64,000 nt of DNA from Candidatus Eiseniibacteriota bacterium. GTDB lineage: Bacteria > Eisenbacteria > RBG-16-71-46. Below the pieces are notes generated by a model. That model worked only from the letters and a program-made list of their open reading frames with translations, ran no database searches and had not been told where the DNA came from. The stretch is from NCBI GenBank assembly GCA_044222065.1, contig JBGAOA010000016.1, forward strand, positions 1 to 64,000, given 5' to 3'. Shown here one piece after another: positions 9,184-19,041 of this stretch (positions are counted from its first letter, which is position 1; every line of letters begins with the position of its first letter). A program made the translations under genes and the position numbers.

Positions 9184-10632
9184 ATGAGGCCCGTCGCACT
9201 CGCCGTCTTCGCCCTCGCCGCACTCGCCCTCGCCGCGCCCGCACTCGCTCAGGCCCCGAGCACGATGAGCTATCAGGGCGTGCTCACCGACGCCGTCGGC
9301 AACATCGTCCCGGACGGCAACTACGACCTCACGTTCCGGATCTACGACGCTTCGGTCCTCGGCGCCCCGCTCTGGACCGAGGCGCTCGCCGCGGTGCCGG
9401 TCGAGAAGGGCGGCTTCAGCGTGATCCTCGGGCAGGTCACCACGCTCAATCTCGCCTTCGACCGCCAGTACTGGCTCGGCGTGCAGGTCCTTGCCGAGGC
9501 GGAACTCGTGCCGCGCATCAAGCTTGCCTCGGCGCCTTCCGCGCTGTCCCTGAAGCTGCCCTTCTCGCAATCACTGATCAGCGGATCGTCGCTGCTCTCG
9601 CTCGAGAACTTCGGCGCGGGCGCGGCCCTGAGCGCGCTCGGGAGGCTGGACGTGGGCTCCACGACGCATAGCGGCGAGCTGAGGTTGTTCCGCAACGGAT
9701 CGGCAGCGAACGTGCTGCGCGGATACACGGGAACGCACGGCGGCAGCCTGGACCTCTTCGAAGACACCGGTTCGACCCACCTCGCCCTCCAGGCCGACGT
9801 CAACGGGACGGGGGGATTCCTCGACGTGTTCAGCACATCGGCGGGGGGCAATGGGTTCATCGTGGATGGAAACGCGGCGGGTGCCCAGACCCCGGTCGTG
9901 AGCATCCTGGGCACGGCGAGCACCTCGTTCTTCGATACCCGCATGACCGGAGACGACGCGGTGGAGCTTCCCTCCGGTGCGATCTCGAGCCTCGAAGAGT
10001 CGAACGAACCGGGGGTCGCGTACGCGGCGGACGATGCCATCGTGACGCTCGACGGCACGCTCCAGACGCTGATGTCGCGCACGATCACCGTGCCCGCAGC
10101 GGGCTACGTCGTCGCGATCGGGTGCTTCCAGCTCAACGTGTCGCACACGAACGGTGTCCGGGACCTGCTCACGTACGGGCTCTCGACTTCGTCCGCGAGT
10201 CTGCCCCCCAACCAGGACTTCGCGTACGACGTTCCTTCCGCGTACCCGACCGCGAACCACTTCCCGACGCCGGGCTGCACCGCCATCTTCCCCGTCTCGG
10301 CCGGGGCGAACACGATCTACCTGCTCGGACAGGAGGTGAGCGGCGTGCTCTCCATCAACGACATCGCTCTGTCGCTGATGTACTTCCCGACCGCCTACGG
10401 CACGGTGTCCAGCGCCGCGCCACAGAGCGTGACGGGCGGTGGCGACGAACTGCGCGGCCCGATGCGCGGGGGGCTCGCGGCGCGGGAGATCGCGAGCGAG
10501 CAGGAAGAGGCGCGCGCGTTCCACGACGCGAGAGTCGCGCGCGAACTCGCCACGATGCGCGCGAAGCTCGAGGCCCTCGAGCGCGAAATGGCCGCGAGCC
10601 GTGGTCAGCAGGCCGCCGGGGCGAGGGACTAG
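9184..10632 (+). CDS. Secreted fibre-like hypothetical protein (N-terminal MSYQGVLTD domain, beta-rich body, C-terminal coiled coil)
   Basis: GGAG RBS; signal peptide ending ALA-QAP; SYQGVLTD...DGNYDLTFRIY...LWTE...GGFSVILG...YWLGV...PRIKLASAP; tail ELATMRAKLEALERE. Confidence 0.7.
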   Translation: MRPVALAVFALAALALAAPALAQAPSTMSYQGVLTDAVGNIVPDGNYDLTFRIYDASVLGAPLWTEALAAVPVEKGGFSVILGQVTTLNLAFDRQYWLGVQVLAEAELVPRIKLASAPSALSLKLPFSQSLISGSSLLSLENFGAGAALSALGRLDVGSTTHSGELRLFRNGSAANVLRGYTGTHGGSLDLFEDTGSTHLALQADVNGTGGFLDVFSTSAGGNGFIVDGNAAGAQTPVVSILGTASTSFFDTRMTGDDAVELPSGAISSLEESNEPGVAYAADDAIVTLDGTLQTLMSRTITVPAAGYVVAIGCFQLNVSHTNGVRDLLTYGLSTSSASLPPNQDFAYDVPSAYPTANHFPTPGCTAIFPVSAGANTIYLLGQEVSGVLSINDIALSLMYFPTAYGTVSSAAPQSVTGGGDELRGPMRGGLAAREIASEQEEARAFHDARVARELATMRAKLEALEREMAASRGQQAAGARD

Positions 10633-10635
10633 GCC

Positions 10636-11220
10636 GTGCGCCCCGTTCGATTCGCTTCACCCGCGCTCGCGAGCGTGCTCGCCGCCGCGCTCGCGTGCTT
10701 CGTCGCGCGACCCGCTCCGTCGTTCGCCGGCGCCGGCGGCTACGCGCTCCGCGGTTCGGTCGTCGGTTGCGGGGGGACCCCGACGGGGAGCCTCACGCGA
10801 CGCCTGCTCGGCACCGTCGGGCAGCCGGTCGTCGGCGTGAGCACCGGCGCGATCCACACGCTCTGCCACGGCTTCTGGTGCTTCGGCGGCTCGCGCGTCG
10901 TTTCGGTCGACGAGGGCGTGCCCGCCGCGTCGCTCCCCGCGAAGCTCGCGTTCGGTCCCGCGTTCCCCAATCCCACGGCGGCGGCCGTGCGGTTCGCGTT
11001 CGACCTGCCCGCGGCCGCAGACGTGCGGCTGAGCGTGCTCGACGTTCAGGGCCGGCTCGTCGCCGAGGTCGAGCACCGGCGGTTCGATCCGGGATTCCTG
11101 TCGCTCGGCTGGGACGGACGCGACGCCTCGGGCCGGCGCGTCGGCGCGGGCGTCTACTTCGCGCGCCTCGTCGTCCAGGGCCAGCAGGCCGGGCTGCGCC
11201 GCATCGTGCTGCGCGACTGA
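10636..11220 (+). CDS. Small secreted protein with FlgD/T9SS-like C-terminal domain
   Basis: Signal peptide; GTVGQP...GFW module; FPNP...VLDVQGRLV...WDGRDASGRRVGAGVYFARL; starts 3 bp after the previous stop. Confidence 0.8.
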   Translation: MRPVRFASPALASVLAAALACFVARPAPSFAGAGGYALRGSVVGCGGTPTGSLTRRLLGTVGQPVVGVSTGAIHTLCHGFWCFGGSRVVSVDEGVPAASLPAKLAFGPAFPNPTAAAVRFAFDLPAAADVRLSVLDVQGRLVAEVEHRRFDPGFLSLGWDGRDASGRRVGAGVYFARLVVQGQQAGLRRIVLRD

Positions 11221-11493
11221 CGCCGGCGCGGCGCCGGCGGCGCAGAGCGCGGCGAGGCCGCCGCGCCTCCGCCGCGGACTGTTTTCGGCCGCGCCCGGGA
11301 CGCGCTCATCCGCCCCCGTCCGACGTTCGTCGCCGGACGGGCGGCGGGCGCGCCGCGACGGTTGAGCGTGCGCTCCCCGCTCGCTAACCTCGCGCGTCGT
11401 CTCATCCCGCCTCGGGCGCCGGCCCTTGCCCCGGCCCGCCTTCCGGCTTCCCGCGATCCGCGCCTTCCGCGGATCCGATTCATTGGAGGAATC

Positions 11494-13524
11494 GTGACGC
11501 TCCGACGCTGGCTCACTCGTTCGCTCGGCACGCTCGCCGTGTTCGCCGTGTGCGCGGCCCCGCTCGCCGCGGCGCCCGCCGCCGTGGATCCGCCGTTCTG
11601 GACCGGCTCGCCGACCGCGGCGCAGTTCAAGAAGGTCAACGCCGACCGCATCGCGAAGGCGAAGGCCGCGATCGCGAAGATGATCGCGGCGAAGGGCCCG
11701 CGCACGCTCGACAACACGCTGATGCCGTACGACGAGGCGAGCCGCTGGCTCGACATGGCGGGCGCGCAGTCGAGCCTGATCGAGAACGTGCATCCCGACT
11801 CCGTGATGCGACTCACCGCTGAGAAGGTGACGCAGGACGTGTCGTCGTACGCGACCGAGATCTCGCTCAACCGCAAGGTCTACGAGGCGCTCGCCGCGAT
11901 CGACCTGAAGAACGCCGACGACGAGACGCGCTTCTACGTCGAGCGCGAACTGCGCGACTTCCGCCTCGCGGGCGTGGACAAGGACGACGCGACGCGCGCG
12001 AAGATTCGCGCGCTGCGCGACACGCTCGTCAAGATCGGACAGGAGTTCGACCGCAACATCCGCGAGAACGTGCGCACGATCCAGGTGAAGCCCGAGGAAC
12101 TCGCGGGCCTGCCGCAGGACTTCATCGACGGGCACAAGCCCGACGCGAACGGGATGGTCACGCTCGACATCAACTACCCCGACTACATCCCGACGATGAC
12201 GTACTGCCAGAGCGAGGACGTGCGGAAGCGCCTGTACATGGAGTTCCAGAATCGCGCGTTCCCGAAGAACATGGACGTGCTCAAGCGCATGCTCGAGGGC
12301 CGCAACGAGCTCGCGAAGCTCGCGGGCTACCCGAACTGGGCGGACTACATCACCGCGAACAAGATGTCGGGCAGCGCGGGAACCGTGCGCGCGTTCATCG
12401 ACAAGGTCGTGGCCGCCTCGAAAGACGCGCAGGAGCGCGACTACCGCACGCTGCTCGAGCAGAAGCAGAAGGCGGCCGCGGGGGCGTCGGTCGTGAACTT
12501 CTGGGAGCAGATGTACTACTCGGAGCAGGTCAACAAGTCGCAGTACGACTTCGACTCGCAGGCGATGCGCCCGTACCTCGCGTACGACCGCGTGAAGCAG
12601 GGCGTGCTCGACATCAGCGCGAAGATGTTCGGCGTCGAGTTCAAGCGCGTGCCGAACGCTCCGGTGTGGCATCCGTCGGTCGAGTGCTACGAGCTGTGGG
12701 ACGGCGGCAAGCTCGCCGGCCGCTTCTACCTCGACATGCATCCGCGCCCGAACAAGTACAACCACGCCGCACAGTTCGACATCCGCACGGGTGTGGACGA
12801 GCGCCAGCTCCCCGAGGCCGCGCTCGTCTGCAACCTGCCGGGCGGCACGCCGGGCGATCCGGGCCTGTGCGAGATGGACGACGTGAACACGTTCTTCCAC
12901 GAGTTCGGCCACCTGCTGCACTCGCTGTTCGCGGGCCATCGCCACTGGCTCGGCACGAGCGGCATCCGCACGGAGCACGACTTCGTCGAAGCGCCCTCGC
13001 AGATGCTCGAGGAGTGGATGCAGAATCCGAAGGTGCTGCAGACGTTCGCGCTCGACGACAAGAACACCCCGGTCCCCGGCGATCTCGTGCAGAAGATGAT
13101 CCGCGCGAGCGAGTTCTCGAAGGGACTGCAGGTGCGCCGCCAGATGGTCTACGCGGACCTGTCGCTCTCGATCTACGACCGCGACCCGGCGCAGGTGGAC
13201 ATCAACGGCATGATGAAGCAGCTCGTCGCGAAGTATCAGCCGTTCCCGTTCGTGGACGACACGCACTTCGCGTGCTCGTTCGGCCACCTCGACGGCTACT
13301 CGGCGGTGTACTACACGTACATGTGGTCGCTCGTGATCGCGAAGGACATGTTCAGCGCGTTCGACGCGAACGACCTGCTGAACCCGGTCGTGGCGAAGCG
13401 CTACCGCGACGCGGTGCTCGCGAAGGGCGGCAGCGCCCCGGCGGCGAAGCTCGTCGAGAGCTTCCTCGGCCGGCCGTTCGGCTTCGACGCGTACCAGAGC
13501 TGGCTGAACCGCGTGATTCCGTAG
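11494..13524 (+). CDS. M3-family Zn oligopeptidase (thimet oligopeptidase-like) with signal peptide
   Basis: GGAGGA RBS plus GTG; FYLDMHPRPNKYNHAA, FFHEFGHLLH, DFVEAPSQMLE, FGHLDGYSAVYYTYMWS. Confidence 0.93.
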   Translation: MTLRRWLTRSLGTLAVFAVCAAPLAAAPAAVDPPFWTGSPTAAQFKKVNADRIAKAKAAIAKMIAAKGPRTLDNTLMPYDEASRWLDMAGAQSSLIENVHPDSVMRLTAEKVTQDVSSYATEISLNRKVYEALAAIDLKNADDETRFYVERELRDFRLAGVDKDDATRAKIRALRDTLVKIGQEFDRNIRENVRTIQVKPEELAGLPQDFIDGHKPDANGMVTLDINYPDYIPTMTYCQSEDVRKRLYMEFQNRAFPKNMDVLKRMLEGRNELAKLAGYPNWADYITANKMSGSAGTVRAFIDKVVAASKDAQERDYRTLLEQKQKAAAGASVVNFWEQMYYSEQVNKSQYDFDSQAMRPYLAYDRVKQGVLDISAKMFGVEFKRVPNAPVWHPSVECYELWDGGKLAGRFYLDMHPRPNKYNHAAQFDIRTGVDERQLPEAALVCNLPGGTPGDPGLCEMDDVNTFFHEFGHLLHSLFAGHRHWLGTSGIRTEHDFVEAPSQMLEEWMQNPKVLQTFALDDKNTPVPGDLVQKMIRASEFSKGLQVRRQMVYADLSLSIYDRDPAQVDINGMMKQLVAKYQPFPFVDDTHFACSFGHLDGYSAVYYTYMWSLVIAKDMFSAFDANDLLNPVVAKRYRDAVLAKGGSAPAAKLVESFLGRPFGFDAYQSWLNRVIP

Positions 13525-13546
13525 CGGCGCACCAGCGCGCGAGTCG

Positions 13547-13587
13547 CGACGGCCCGGAGCGACAACGCTCCGGGCCGTCGTACTTTT
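13547..13587 (+). terminator. Rho-independent terminator after the M3 peptidase
   Basis: Perfect 15-bp stem CGACGGCCCGGAGCG/CGCTCCGGGCCGTCG, 4-nt loop, followed by TACTTTT. Confidence 0.8.
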
Positions 13588-13590
13588 CAA

Positions 13591-13896
13591 TTGCCGATCG
13601 CCGAGCGCGCCGCCTGGCCCTCGTCGCACGCGTCCGGAAGTCCCACCACCTCCGCGCCCGCCCCTGCACCGGTTCCGACGGTTCGCCTCGCGCTCGTGGA
13701 GCCCGCACGCGTGCGCTTCGCCGTCTACGATCTCGCGGGACGCGCGCGCACGCGGCTTCACGACGGCGTGCTCGCGCCCGGCATTCACGAGTTCACCTGG
13801 ACTCCGCGAACGAGCGGGGCGCCCCCGGGCGTGTACTTCCTCCGCGCGAGTTCGGACGCCTGGCGCGCGAGCCGGACGTTCGTCGTAATGCCCTGA
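13591..13896 (+). pseudogene. Orphan T9SS/FlgD-like C-terminal domain, probable gene remnant
   Basis: VRFAVYDLAGR...PGIHEFTW...PGVYFLRA...RTFVVM, with no signal peptide, cargo domain, PNP motif or RBS; lies just after a terminator. Confidence 0.55.
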
Positions 13897-13965
13897 GACC
13901 GCGCGCGAGGGGCCCCGGAGCGCGCGGCCCGGGGCCCGTCGAGCTTCACCGTCGCCCGCGAACCG

Positions 13966-15939
13966 TCAGTCGAGCACGGTGAGTTTCCGCACCCGCGACT
14001 CCGTTCCCGCGGTGGCGCGGACGAAGTAGAGACCGCTCGCGAGTCCGCGCGCATCCAGCTCGAAGGCGTGAACGCCCGCATCGAGTCGGCCGTCGTGGAG
14101 GCGAGCGACGCGATGCCCCTGCACGTCGTACACGGCGAGCGTGACGTGGCGCGCGTTCGGAAGCGAGAGCGAGAGCCGCGAGGAGCCCGAGAACGGATTC
14201 GGGTGGGGCGCGGCGAAGCCGAACGCCGGCGCGGAACTCCCGGCGACGTCGGTCGTGCCTGCGATCGTGAACGTGCCGGTCGCGGCGGGACCGCCTTCGA
14301 ATGCGTTGTCCAGCGCGCGCACGCTCCACTCGTAGTCCCCCGCGCCGAGGCCGTGCACCGTCCACGACGTGTTGCGGCTGACGTTGCCATGCTCGGGCAG
14401 CAGCTTCGGCGCGCTCACGACACCGGTGGCCGCCTCGACGCCGCCCACGGGATGCACGGCCAGCTCGTAGGTGAGCGACGGCCCGGGCGTGTCGTCGTCG
14501 CTCGCCGCGCCCCACGACAGCGTGACGTCGTTGCCCGTGGGAGCCGCGGCCAGAGCGAACGGAGCGGACGGCGCGGCGTTCGAATTCGTCGCGTCGTTGC
14601 GGAACAGCTGGCCCCGGCCCTCGATCAGTCCGTTGCCGCCCGGAACGTAGTAGCCGCCCGCGACGAAGTAGTCGAGATCGCCGTCGCCGTCGAGATCGAA
14701 CCACGTGAACGCCCCACCGGTGTTCCCGAAGTTCGGCCCGGGCAGCGGAGCGCCCGCGAGCGTGAACGCGCCCCCCGAGTTCACGTAGACCTCGGCGCCG
14801 CCGACGATCTCGCCGTTGCCGAGCAGCTGGCCGGTGATGAGCAGGTCCACGTCGCCGTCCGAGTCGTAGTCCGCCCACGTCACGCATTCGAAGTCGAGCC
14901 ACGGCTCCGCCGCGCTCTGGAACTCGTGAACCACGTCCACGGGCGTCCAGCCGCCGGGGTGCCGGTAGAGCACGCGCACGACCGTCTCGCCCGTCTCGTC
15001 CGGACGCAGCAGGTTGCCGCCCACCACGACGTCGATATCGCCGTCGCCGTCCGCGTCCGCCCAGTCCGCCGTTCCGTGCACGATCTGCGCGAGCCCGGAG
15101 TCCGCGCGCACGAACGTCCCGGCGTCGTTCCGCCACAGGTCGAGGAACGGCGTCGAGTTCTGTCCCATCTCACCGAACATCAGGTCCAGATCGCCGTCGG
15201 CGTCCATGTCGGCCCAGGCGGTCTGGGCGTTGAGCGCCTGCGGCAGTTCCTGGCCCGCATTCGTGAACGTCCAGTCGCCACCCGCGCCGGGCCCGTCGTT
15301 CCTCAGCAGCGCGGTGGGCTGCCACGAGAAGTTCTCGAACACGCACGGCAACAGGAGATCGAGGTCGCCGTCGTTGTCCACGTCCGCCCACGTGAGGCTG
15401 CGCTGGTCCATCGTCAGGAAGTCGGGACTCTCCTCGTAGCCCGGCAGCACCGTCGTCGTGCGCACCAGCGTTCCCGCGTCGTTGCGGAACAGTGTCGTCG
15501 CGAAGCGACTCGCAACCACCGCATCGGGATCGCCGTCGCCGTCGTAGTCGCCCCACGCGATGTCGCCGGCGCTCAGGAACAGACCCGACGCGTCCACGGG
15601 GATCGCCGTCAGCGTCCAGGCGTTCGGTCCGGCCGGCCCGTCGTTGCGGTAGAGCGTAAGCCGGTCCTCGACGAGCGCGCCGACGTAGTCGACGAAGTAC
15701 CCGGCGACGAGCAGGTCGAGATCGCCGTCGCCGTCCACGTCGGCGGGTGCCGCGCTCGCGATCCAGAGATCGGAATTGAGATCGGTCGCGAAGGGATCGC
15801 CGGTGAGCGCCAGCTCGGTGAAGCCGAGTTGCGCGCGCGCGGTGCTGGTGAGCGACGCGCAGGCGAGCATCGCGAGCGCGACGCGCGCCAGGCTCGCGCG
15901 GACGAGAGAGAGCGTCGAGGAGTTGCGGGTGAGGTTCAT
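13966..15939 (-). CDS. Secreted FG-GAP/VCBS repeat protein with FN3-like domain and T9SS/FlgD-like CTD
   Basis: Signal peptide; seven DxDxDGDxD repeats; NAAPSAP...VTLSW...YEWSVRA; HPNPF...VYDVQGHRV...SGLYFVRA...RKLTVL. Confidence 0.88.
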   Translation of the reverse strand: MNLTRNSSTLSLVRASLARVALAMLACASLTSTARAQLGFTELALTGDPFATDLNSDLWIASAAPADVDGDGDLDLLVAGYFVDYVGALVEDRLTLYRNDGPAGPNAWTLTAIPVDASGLFLSAGDIAWGDYDGDGDPDAVVASRFATTLFRNDAGTLVRTTTVLPGYEESPDFLTMDQRSLTWADVDNDGDLDLLLPCVFENFSWQPTALLRNDGPGAGGDWTFTNAGQELPQALNAQTAWADMDADGDLDLMFGEMGQNSTPFLDLWRNDAGTFVRADSGLAQIVHGTADWADADGDGDIDVVVGGNLLRPDETGETVVRVLYRHPGGWTPVDVVHEFQSAAEPWLDFECVTWADYDSDGDVDLLITGQLLGNGEIVGGAEVYVNSGGAFTLAGAPLPGPNFGNTGGAFTWFDLDGDGDLDYFVAGGYYVPGGNGLIEGRGQLFRNDATNSNAAPSAPFALAAAPTGNDVTLSWGAASDDDTPGPSLTYELAVHPVGGVEAATGVVSAPKLLPEHGNVSRNTSWTVHGLGAGDYEWSVRALDNAFEGGPAATGTFTIAGTTDVAGSSAPAFGFAAPHPNPFSGSSRLSLSLPNARHVTLAVYDVQGHRVARLHDGRLDAGVHAFELDARGLASGLYFVRATAGTESRVRKLTVLD

Positions 15940-16185
15940 GAGGGGGGAACTCCTTTCGATCCGGCCGCTGCGACGACTCCGCGCGCGCGGGGGAGTGCGT
16001 TCGAGCGCAGAGCTTTCGTCTGCAGAGGTGCGCCCAACATGCGCGCAAATACGGCGCGCCGGAATCGAATTGCGCTCGCGCGGCCGCGGCGGCGCGCACG
16101 GCGATCAGTGTCGAGCAACTCCACGTCGTCGACTGACGGCATGGCATTCGCACTGCAATTGCGTCAGGCGCGCCGATGGAAGAGC

Positions 16186-16219
16186 GAACGCCGCACCGGA
16201 TCGCTCCGGCGCGGCGTTC
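16186..16219 (-). terminator. GC-rich hairpin, probable terminator after the DUF5684-like gene
   Basis: GAACGCCGCACCGGA-tcgc-TCCGGCGCGGCGTTC (one imperfect pair); weak U tract. Confidence 0.5.
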
Positions 16220-16240
16220 GGTGTCGGGTCGCGGTTGCGG

Positions 16241-16594
16241 TCAGGCCGCGCGTTTCATCGCGGGCCCACCGTCGCCCTGATAGCGCGCGTCGCCGAATGC
16301 GAGCATCGGCAGGAACACGAACGGCAGGAGCGCGATGCCGAGCCCCCACCCGCCGGATTTGCCGAACACGCGCGCGAGGTCCCAGCACAAGATCGTCGCG
16401 GGAATGAGGCCCACGACCGGCACGCACATCGCCACGACCCACCACCACGGGCGCTCGCACAGCCGGGCGAGCACGAACGCGCTGTAGATCGGAACGATCG
16501 CCTTCCAGCCGGCTTCCCCGGCCTTCTCGAACAGCGACCACATCGCGGCGATCATGACGCCGGCGAACGCGAGCACGACGAGTGCGAACAGCAT
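16241..16594 (-). CDS. Small membrane protein (DUF5684-like)
   Basis: GGAGG RBS; WSLFEKAGEAGWKAIVPIY...PWWW...LARVFGKSGGWGLG...LAFGDARYQG. Confidence 0.8.
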   Translation of the reverse strand: MLFALVVLAFAGVMIAAMWSLFEKAGEAGWKAIVPIYSAFVLARLCERPWWWVVAMCVPVVGLIPATILCWDLARVFGKSGGWGLGIALLPFVFLPMLAFGDARYQGDGGPAMKRAA

Positions 16595-16756
16595 GAAGAC
16601 CTCCGGACCATTCCGGTCCGCGCGCGCCGCACGGTCCACCTCGTCGAGACCGTTTCGCTCGCGAGGGCACGGCGCGATCCCGCCTGTTGTCGGCGCGACG
16701 GCGTGCGAACCTGAGGGCGCGGCGCGGACGGGCCGTGCGGCCGCGCCCGGCGCGGG

Positions 16757-17866
16757 TCAGCGCGCTTTGCTGCTCTCGCCCTCGCGCACCGTGCCCGCGA
16801 GCACGTCGGCGTGGAAGCTCGAGCGCACGAGCGGGCCGCTTGCGACGTTCTCGATCCCGGCGGCCTTCGCCTCGTCGCCGAGCGCCGCGAACACGTCGGG
16901 GTGCACGTACTCGATCACCGGCAGGTGGTTCGGGCTCGGCCGCAGGTACTGGCCGATCGTGAGCAGGTGGCAGCGGTGCGCGGCGAGGTCGCGGAACGTC
17001 TGCGACAGCTCCTCGCGCGTCTCGCCGAGCCCCACCATGAGGCCGCTCTTCGCCTTGATGGTCGTGCGGCTCGCCGCGACTCTCTGCAGCACTTCGAGCG
17101 AGCGCTCGTAGCGCGCGCTCGGACGCACGAGCGAGTGCAACCGCTCGACGGTCTCGATGTTGTGGTTGATCACCTCGGGACCGGCGTCGATCACGCGCTG
17201 CAGGTCCGTCGCGCTGCCGCGGAAATCCGGGATGAGCACTTCGATCACGGTCGCCGAACGCTTGCGGATCTCCTCGATCGTGCGCGCGAAGATCGTGCTG
17301 CCGCCGTCCGAGAGGTCGTCGCGGCACACGCTCGTGATGACGGTGTGCTTGAGCCCCATCGCGGCGACCGTCTCGCCCACGCGGCGCGGCTCGTCCCAGT
17401 CCACGTAGCCGTTCGGGCGTCCGGGCGCGACGGCGCAGAACCCGCAGCGGCGCGTGCACAGTTCGCCGAGGATCATGATCGTCGCGGTGCCGCGCTCCCA
17501 GCAGTGGCCGAGGTTCGGACAGCGCGCCTCCTCGCAAACCGTGACGAGGCGCTTGTCCCGCAGCAGCGACTTCGTGCCCGCGTACTCGCCGTGGCCCGGC
17601 AGCTTCACCTTGAGCCACTCGGGCAGGCGGCGGAAGCCGCCGGCCTCGTTGAGCGCCGTGCCGACGCCCGCGCCGGAGGCGCAGCCGCCGTGGCGCGGCG
17701 TGACCGGCAGGCGCTGCGGCACCGCGGGGCGCGGCGCGCCGAGCACCGTGATGCCCGCCGCCTCGGCCGGCGCGTCGCCCGACGCGGCGTCGTTCCACGG
17801 TCCGCCGCCGCCGCAGCCGCCGTGGCCCGCGCCTTCGTCCAGGATCGGAAGCTCGTCGTTCGCCAC
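16757..17866 (-). CDS. lipA: Lipoyl synthase
   Basis: VCEEARCPNLGHC, CTRRCGFC, NHNIETV, GQYLRPS, GPLVRSSF. Confidence 0.97.
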   Translation of the reverse strand: MANDELPILDEGAGHGGCGGGGPWNDAASGDAPAEAAGITVLGAPRPAVPQRLPVTPRHGGCASGAGVGTALNEAGGFRRLPEWLKVKLPGHGEYAGTKSLLRDKRLVTVCEEARCPNLGHCWERGTATIMILGELCTRRCGFCAVAPGRPNGYVDWDEPRRVGETVAAMGLKHTVITSVCRDDLSDGGSTIFARTIEEIRKRSATVIEVLIPDFRGSATDLQRVIDAGPEVINHNIETVERLHSLVRPSARYERSLEVLQRVAASRTTIKAKSGLMVGLGETREELSQTFRDLAAHRCHLLTIGQYLRPSPNHLPVIEYVHPDVFAALGDEAKAAGIENVASGPLVRSSFHADVLAGTVREGESSKAR

Positions 17867-17867
17867 G

Positions 17868-19022
17868 TCAGTCCTTCGCCATCGCGTCGCGCGAGATCTC
17901 GCCCGTGCCCTTGAGCGACAGCATGCGGTCGAGCGCGACGCGCGCCCAGTGCCGCACGTCGTCGCTCACCCGCACCGGGTTCACGACGTGCCCGTCCGCG
18001 AGGTTCTCCATCGTCCAGGCGAGGTGCGCGGGGTCGATGCGGTTCATCGTCGCGCACGGGCACACGTTCTTCTGCAGCGAGTGGACGTGCTGCTCCGGAT
18101 GCTCGAGCGCGAGCCGGTGGACGAGGTTGATCTCGGTGCCGATCGCCCAGTGCGTGCCCGCGGGCGCCTTCCGCACCTGCTCGATGATGAACTCCGTCGA
18201 GCCCGCGAGGTCGGCGTTCGCGACCACTTCGTGCGGGCACTCGGGATGGACGAGCACGCGCACGGCCGGGTCGGCCGCGCGCGCCTCGTCGATCATCGCC
18301 TTCGTGAACTTCGTGTGCACGGAACAGAACCCGCGCCACAACAGGATGCGCATCGCGGGGTCGTACGCGCGCGCGTTGACGCGCTTCGGATCGAGCGCGC
18401 GCCAGTCCCACTCCGCCATCTCGCCGAACGGCACGCCCATCGCGTGCGCCGTGTTGCGGCCGAGGTGCTGGTCCGGGAAGAAGAACACGCGCGACTTCCG
18501 CTCCCACGCCCAGCGCAGCACGCTCGCCGCGTTCGAGGACGTGCACACGACGCCGCCGTGCTCGCCGCAGAACGCCTTGAGCGCCGCGGTCGAGTTCATG
18601 TACGTGACGGGCACAATCGTGTCGCCGTGCGCCGCCGTCAGCGCGTCCCACGCGGTCTCGACGTCCTCGAGCGTCGCCATGTCCGCCATCGAGCAGCCCG
18701 CCTTCACGTCCGGGAGCACGACGGTCTGGTGCGGCTGTCGCAGCACGTCCGCGGACTCGGCCATGAAGTGCACGCCGCAGAACACGATGAAGCGCGCCTC
18801 GGCCTGCGCGGCGGCGAACTGCGACAGCTTGAAAGAATCGCCGCGGAAGTCCGCGAACTCGATCACGCTCTCGCGCTGGTAGTGGTGGCCGAGCACGACC
18901 GCGTTCGATCCGAGCCGGCGCTTCGCATCGAGCGTGCGCGCGCGCAGCTCGCTCGCGGACAGCGCCGCATAGTCCGAGAACGGACGCGCGGCCGAGGGCG
19001 ATGCAGCGGAGGCGACGGTCAT
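17868..19022 (-). CDS. nadA: Quinolinate synthase
   Basis: HHYQR, GDSFKL, FCGVHFMAESA, AGCSMAD, CTSSNA, PDQHLG, CSVH, HPEC, CATMN. Confidence 0.96.
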   Translation of the reverse strand: MTVASAASPSAARPFSDYAALSASELRARTLDAKRRLGSNAVVLGHHYQRESVIEFADFRGDSFKLSQFAAAQAEARFIVFCGVHFMAESADVLRQPHQTVVLPDVKAGCSMADMATLEDVETAWDALTAAHGDTIVPVTYMNSTAALKAFCGEHGGVVCTSSNAASVLRWAWERKSRVFFFPDQHLGRNTAHAMGVPFGEMAEWDWRALDPKRVNARAYDPAMRILLWRGFCSVHTKFTKAMIDEARAADPAVRVLVHPECPHEVVANADLAGSTEFIIEQVRKAPAGTHWAIGTEINLVHRLALEHPEQHVHSLQKNVCPCATMNRIDPAHLAWTMENLADGHVVNPVRVSDDVRHWARVALDRMLSLKGTGEISRDAMAKD

Positions 19023-19041
19023 GGTCGCGCGGACTCGGGCG

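Noticed and set aside
16142..16157. Sigma54-like TGGCA-N-TGCA (GG-N10-GC) on the plus strand
   Set aside because: Points toward a convergent gene end with no credible downstream ORF; likely chance, though an sRNA cannot be excluded
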